This document shows, piece by piece, positions 61,722 to 64,000 of a stretch of DNA of 64,000 nucleotides. The first letter of the stretch is position 1, and the number at the start of each line of letters is the position of its first letter. This DNA is from an uncultured Candidatus Saccharibacteria bacterium (GTDB taxonomy: Bacteria > Patescibacteriota > Minisyncoccia > Phycocordibacterales > CAIZLB01). The translations under genes were made by a program, and so were the position numbers. The notes beneath the pieces were generated by a model. The model did not search any database, had not been told where the DNA came from, and saw only the letters and a list, made by a program, of their open reading frames with translations. The stretch lies in contig CAZFOD010000003.1 in NCBI GenBank assembly GCA_964520545.1, positions 20,728-84,727 of the forward strand, read 5' to 3'.

Positions 61722-62453
61722 CTAGCCCTGATCAAGCCAGTACAGGATTTCCTCTGCCACGACGCCCGAGCATTTCTCGAGCATGGGCATATGTCCGCCC
61801 TCGAACTCGTGAAGCTCCGCACCATGCATGTTTGCGATAGCCTGCTGAACCCATGGTGGCGTCATCCTGTCTCGAAGACCACTCAAAACCAATGTCGGCT
61901 TTTCACACTGGGGAACTTTGACCTGGCCGAACGCCAACTGACGAGCAGCAAGACCAGACTCTTTCCAGGGAAACAACTCCGCTGGATCGAACTCGCTTCC
62001 GAGACAGTTCATCATCAGTCTTCTTGCGTCGTTGTCCGCAATCCTGAATCCGGCACCTGAAAACATTGATGCGATGTAGGGTCGGAACGGATTTGCAATC
62101 CGAAGGAAGAGCTCCGTACTCAGTGGCCATATTCCGTAAGGCGCAGCGCTCGTCGTAAGGACAAGACTCCGCACCTCCTTCAGGAATGAAATCGCCTGAG
62201 CGAGAAGACCTCCCATTGAATGGCCAATAACATCGCAGGGGCCAATCATTTTGATTCGGTGGATGACGTAGCTGATGTATATTTCCATGGACATCCCATC
62301 AACACTTTCACCCTCTTTGTGCCCAGGGAGAGTGATGAGATTCACAGTGTGACCTGCGTGTTCGAACCGTCTCCGCCATTGAGCGAACGGCTCCGCATCT
62401 GCCCACATGCCAGGAATGACAGCGATAGATGATTTTCTTTTTGGCTTATGCAT
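61722..62453 (-). CDS. alpha/beta hydrolase
   Basis: IPGMW oxyanion loop, GHSMGG nucleophile elbow, DRMTP, GGH; AGGAGG SD; terminator 61685-61717. Confidence 0.9.
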   Translation of the reverse strand: MHKPKRKSSIAVIPGMWADAEPFAQWRRRFEHAGHTVNLITLPGHKEGESVDGMSMEIYISYVIHRIKMIGPCDVIGHSMGGLLAQAISFLKEVRSLVLTTSAAPYGIWPLSTELFLRIANPFRPYIASMFSGAGFRIADNDARRLMMNCLGSEFDPAELFPWKESGLAARQLAFGQVKVPQCEKPTLVLSGLRDRMTPPWVQQAIANMHGAELHEFEGGHMPMLEKCSGVVAEEILYWLDQG

Positions 62454-62591
62454 TTTTGTACCTCCTTGTACTTGTTTGGTTGGTTAAAGATCTGGGTTAA
62501 ACTCGAAAAAACTGTACCACGAATGTATGGTGTGGGCAATGGTGGGCAATTATGGCCAATACAAGTGATTTTCTGTTATGATTACAAAGTT

Positions 62592-63536
62592 ATGAAAAAA
62601 ATCCTTCTTTCGGGAGTAAAATCCACCGGCAGACCCCACATCGGAAACTATTTCGGTGCCATGAAGCAATTTGTTGATTTACAAGACCAGTATGAATCTA
62701 GAATATTTATCGCTGATCTCCACTCACTCACATCAACACAGAACGGAAAGGAGCTTTCACAATCAACTCTTGATCTTGCAATAGACTACCTCGCCATAGG
62801 TCTTGATCCAGAAAAAGTACTCATCTTCAAACAATCAGATCTACCTCAAGTAACAGAGCTTAGCTGGATATTCAACTGCATTACTACAATGCCGTATCTC
62901 ATGAGGGCTCATTCGTTTAAAGATGCAGAAGCAAAGAACAAGGAGATTAATGTCGGTGTCTTCGACTATCCACTCCTCATGGCCGCAGACATCTTGATAC
63001 ACAATGCCGATGTTGTGCCTGTAGGACGAGACCAAAAGCAGCACATGGAGATTGCAAGAGATACTGCTGAGAAGTTCAATCGTACATTTGGTGAGGTATT
63101 CAAGCTTCCAGAGCCTATGATTCTCGATTCAGTGGAGACCGTTCCTGGTATTGATGGACAGAAGATGAGTAAGAGCTACAACAATCACATTCCATTATTT
63201 TCAGAAGATGAAGAGATCCGAAAACTTGTCATGTCCATCGTTACTGATTCAGGTGCAGGTATTCCTATGAATGTCTACAATATTCACAAGCTTTTTAGAG
63301 ACGAAGAGTACCTTAAAAAACTTTACGCTGAACACGAAGGGAAGTACAAAGCACTCAAAGATGCACTCGCTGATGACCTCATTACATTCATAGCACCACT
63401 TAGAGAAAGGAGGGCAGAGATTGCCAAGAACCCAGAGAAAGTTAAGGCAATGCTCCTAAAGAATGGAGAGAAAGTTCAAGAAATGACAGCGGCACTTGTC
63501 GCCCAAGTTCGAGAGAAGACAGGTTTAACATTTTAA
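62592..63536 (+). CDS. trpS: tryptophan--tRNA ligase
   Basis: HIGNYFGA, YPLLMAADIL, VPVGRDQKQH, KMSKS; start moved to ATG 62592. Confidence 0.96.
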   Translation: MKKILLSGVKSTGRPHIGNYFGAMKQFVDLQDQYESRIFIADLHSLTSTQNGKELSQSTLDLAIDYLAIGLDPEKVLIFKQSDLPQVTELSWIFNCITTMPYLMRAHSFKDAEAKNKEINVGVFDYPLLMAADILIHNADVVPVGRDQKQHMEIARDTAEKFNRTFGEVFKLPEPMILDSVETVPGIDGQKMSKSYNNHIPLFSEDEEIRKLVMSIVTDSGAGIPMNVYNIHKLFRDEEYLKKLYAEHEGKYKALKDALADDLITFIAPLRERRAEIAKNPEKVKAMLLKNGEKVQEMTAALVAQVREKTGLTF

Positions 63537-63545
63537 TTTTTAAAC

Positions 63546-63764
63546 ATGAACCCAGAAACAAATTTAATGTCGACTGAGAACAGGATATTAATTATGGAGA
63601 GAAAGATTGATCAGATTTACATATCTGTAGAGAAAACACGTAAGTACTTCCTCTGGACAATGATTATCACAGTTGCTTTGTTTGTATTACCTCTCATTGG
63701 CCTTATATTCGCAATACCGTCATTCCTTAGCCAGTACTCACAGATCACTAGCTTAGATCTTTAA
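63546..63764 (+). CDS. small membrane protein
   Basis: 72 aa, KID.IY.SVEKTRKYF followed by a TM helix. Confidence 0.7.
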   Translation: MNPETNLMSTENRILIMERKIDQIYISVEKTRKYFLWTMIITVALFVLPLIGLIFAIPSFLSQYSQITSLDL

Positions 63765-63765
63765 T

Positions 63766-64000
63766 ATGCAGCTACCAGAAGGTTGCACTTTCACAGCGTA
63801 TGATCATGAAGGCGGGTATAGATATGACATACATCTCGCTGGTAAAAATATTGCATACGGATTTACAAAGAATGTGGACAAAGAAACGGTCCACATAGAC
63901 GGGTTGTATACGTCACCAGAACATCGGGGAAAAGGTCTTGCGACCTACTTGCTATCAGAAATCGAGAAGAACAATGCTGGAAAGCTTCTACAACTTAAAG
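63766..64000 (+). CDS. GNAT acetyltransferase (runs off window end)
   Basis: MQLPEG...IDGLYTSPEHRGKGLATYLL acetyl-CoA binding motif A. Confidence 0.8.
   Translation, partial: MQLPEGCTFTAYDHEGGYRYDIHLAGKNIAYGFTKNVDKETVHIDGLYTSPEHRGKGLATYLLSEIEKNNAGKLLQLK

Overview
Bacterial chromosomal segment, most likely Patescibacteria/CPR (Parcubacteria-like). This is inferred from the gene set: DUF5667 anti-sigma, DUF5671 protein, sigma70-r4/HARE-HTH protein, FtsA-like plus baseplate-J-like pair, short AlaRS and L13, and Nudix-containing LeuRS. Genetic code is standard. An AT-richer housekeeping backbone carries tRNA-Ala, ychF, leuS, mnmA, alaS, infA-rpmJ-rpsMKD-rpoA-rplQ-rplM-rpsI, grpE-dnaK-dnaJ, trpS, zwf, two mltG, glycosyltransferases and two membrane histidine kinases; many of these genes appear leaderless. 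Interspersed are about 15 mostly GC-richer, self-contained accessory units: own sigma70 promoter, structured leader often with a boxA-like motif, often a Shine-Dalgarno, ORF, long intrinsic terminator. They include leuCD and leuB, a pyrE-like gene, a methyltransferase and two sugar epimerases bracketed by a duplicated terminator. Other highlights: a 6S-like rod RNA, an ORF-less four-way-junction RNA candidate, a plsC/acyl-reductase-like/sensor-kinase cluster and strong CGA preference for Arg in highly expressed genes. No CRISPR array, rRNA, integrase or transposase was seen. All calls come from motif recognition by eye; no database searches were run.
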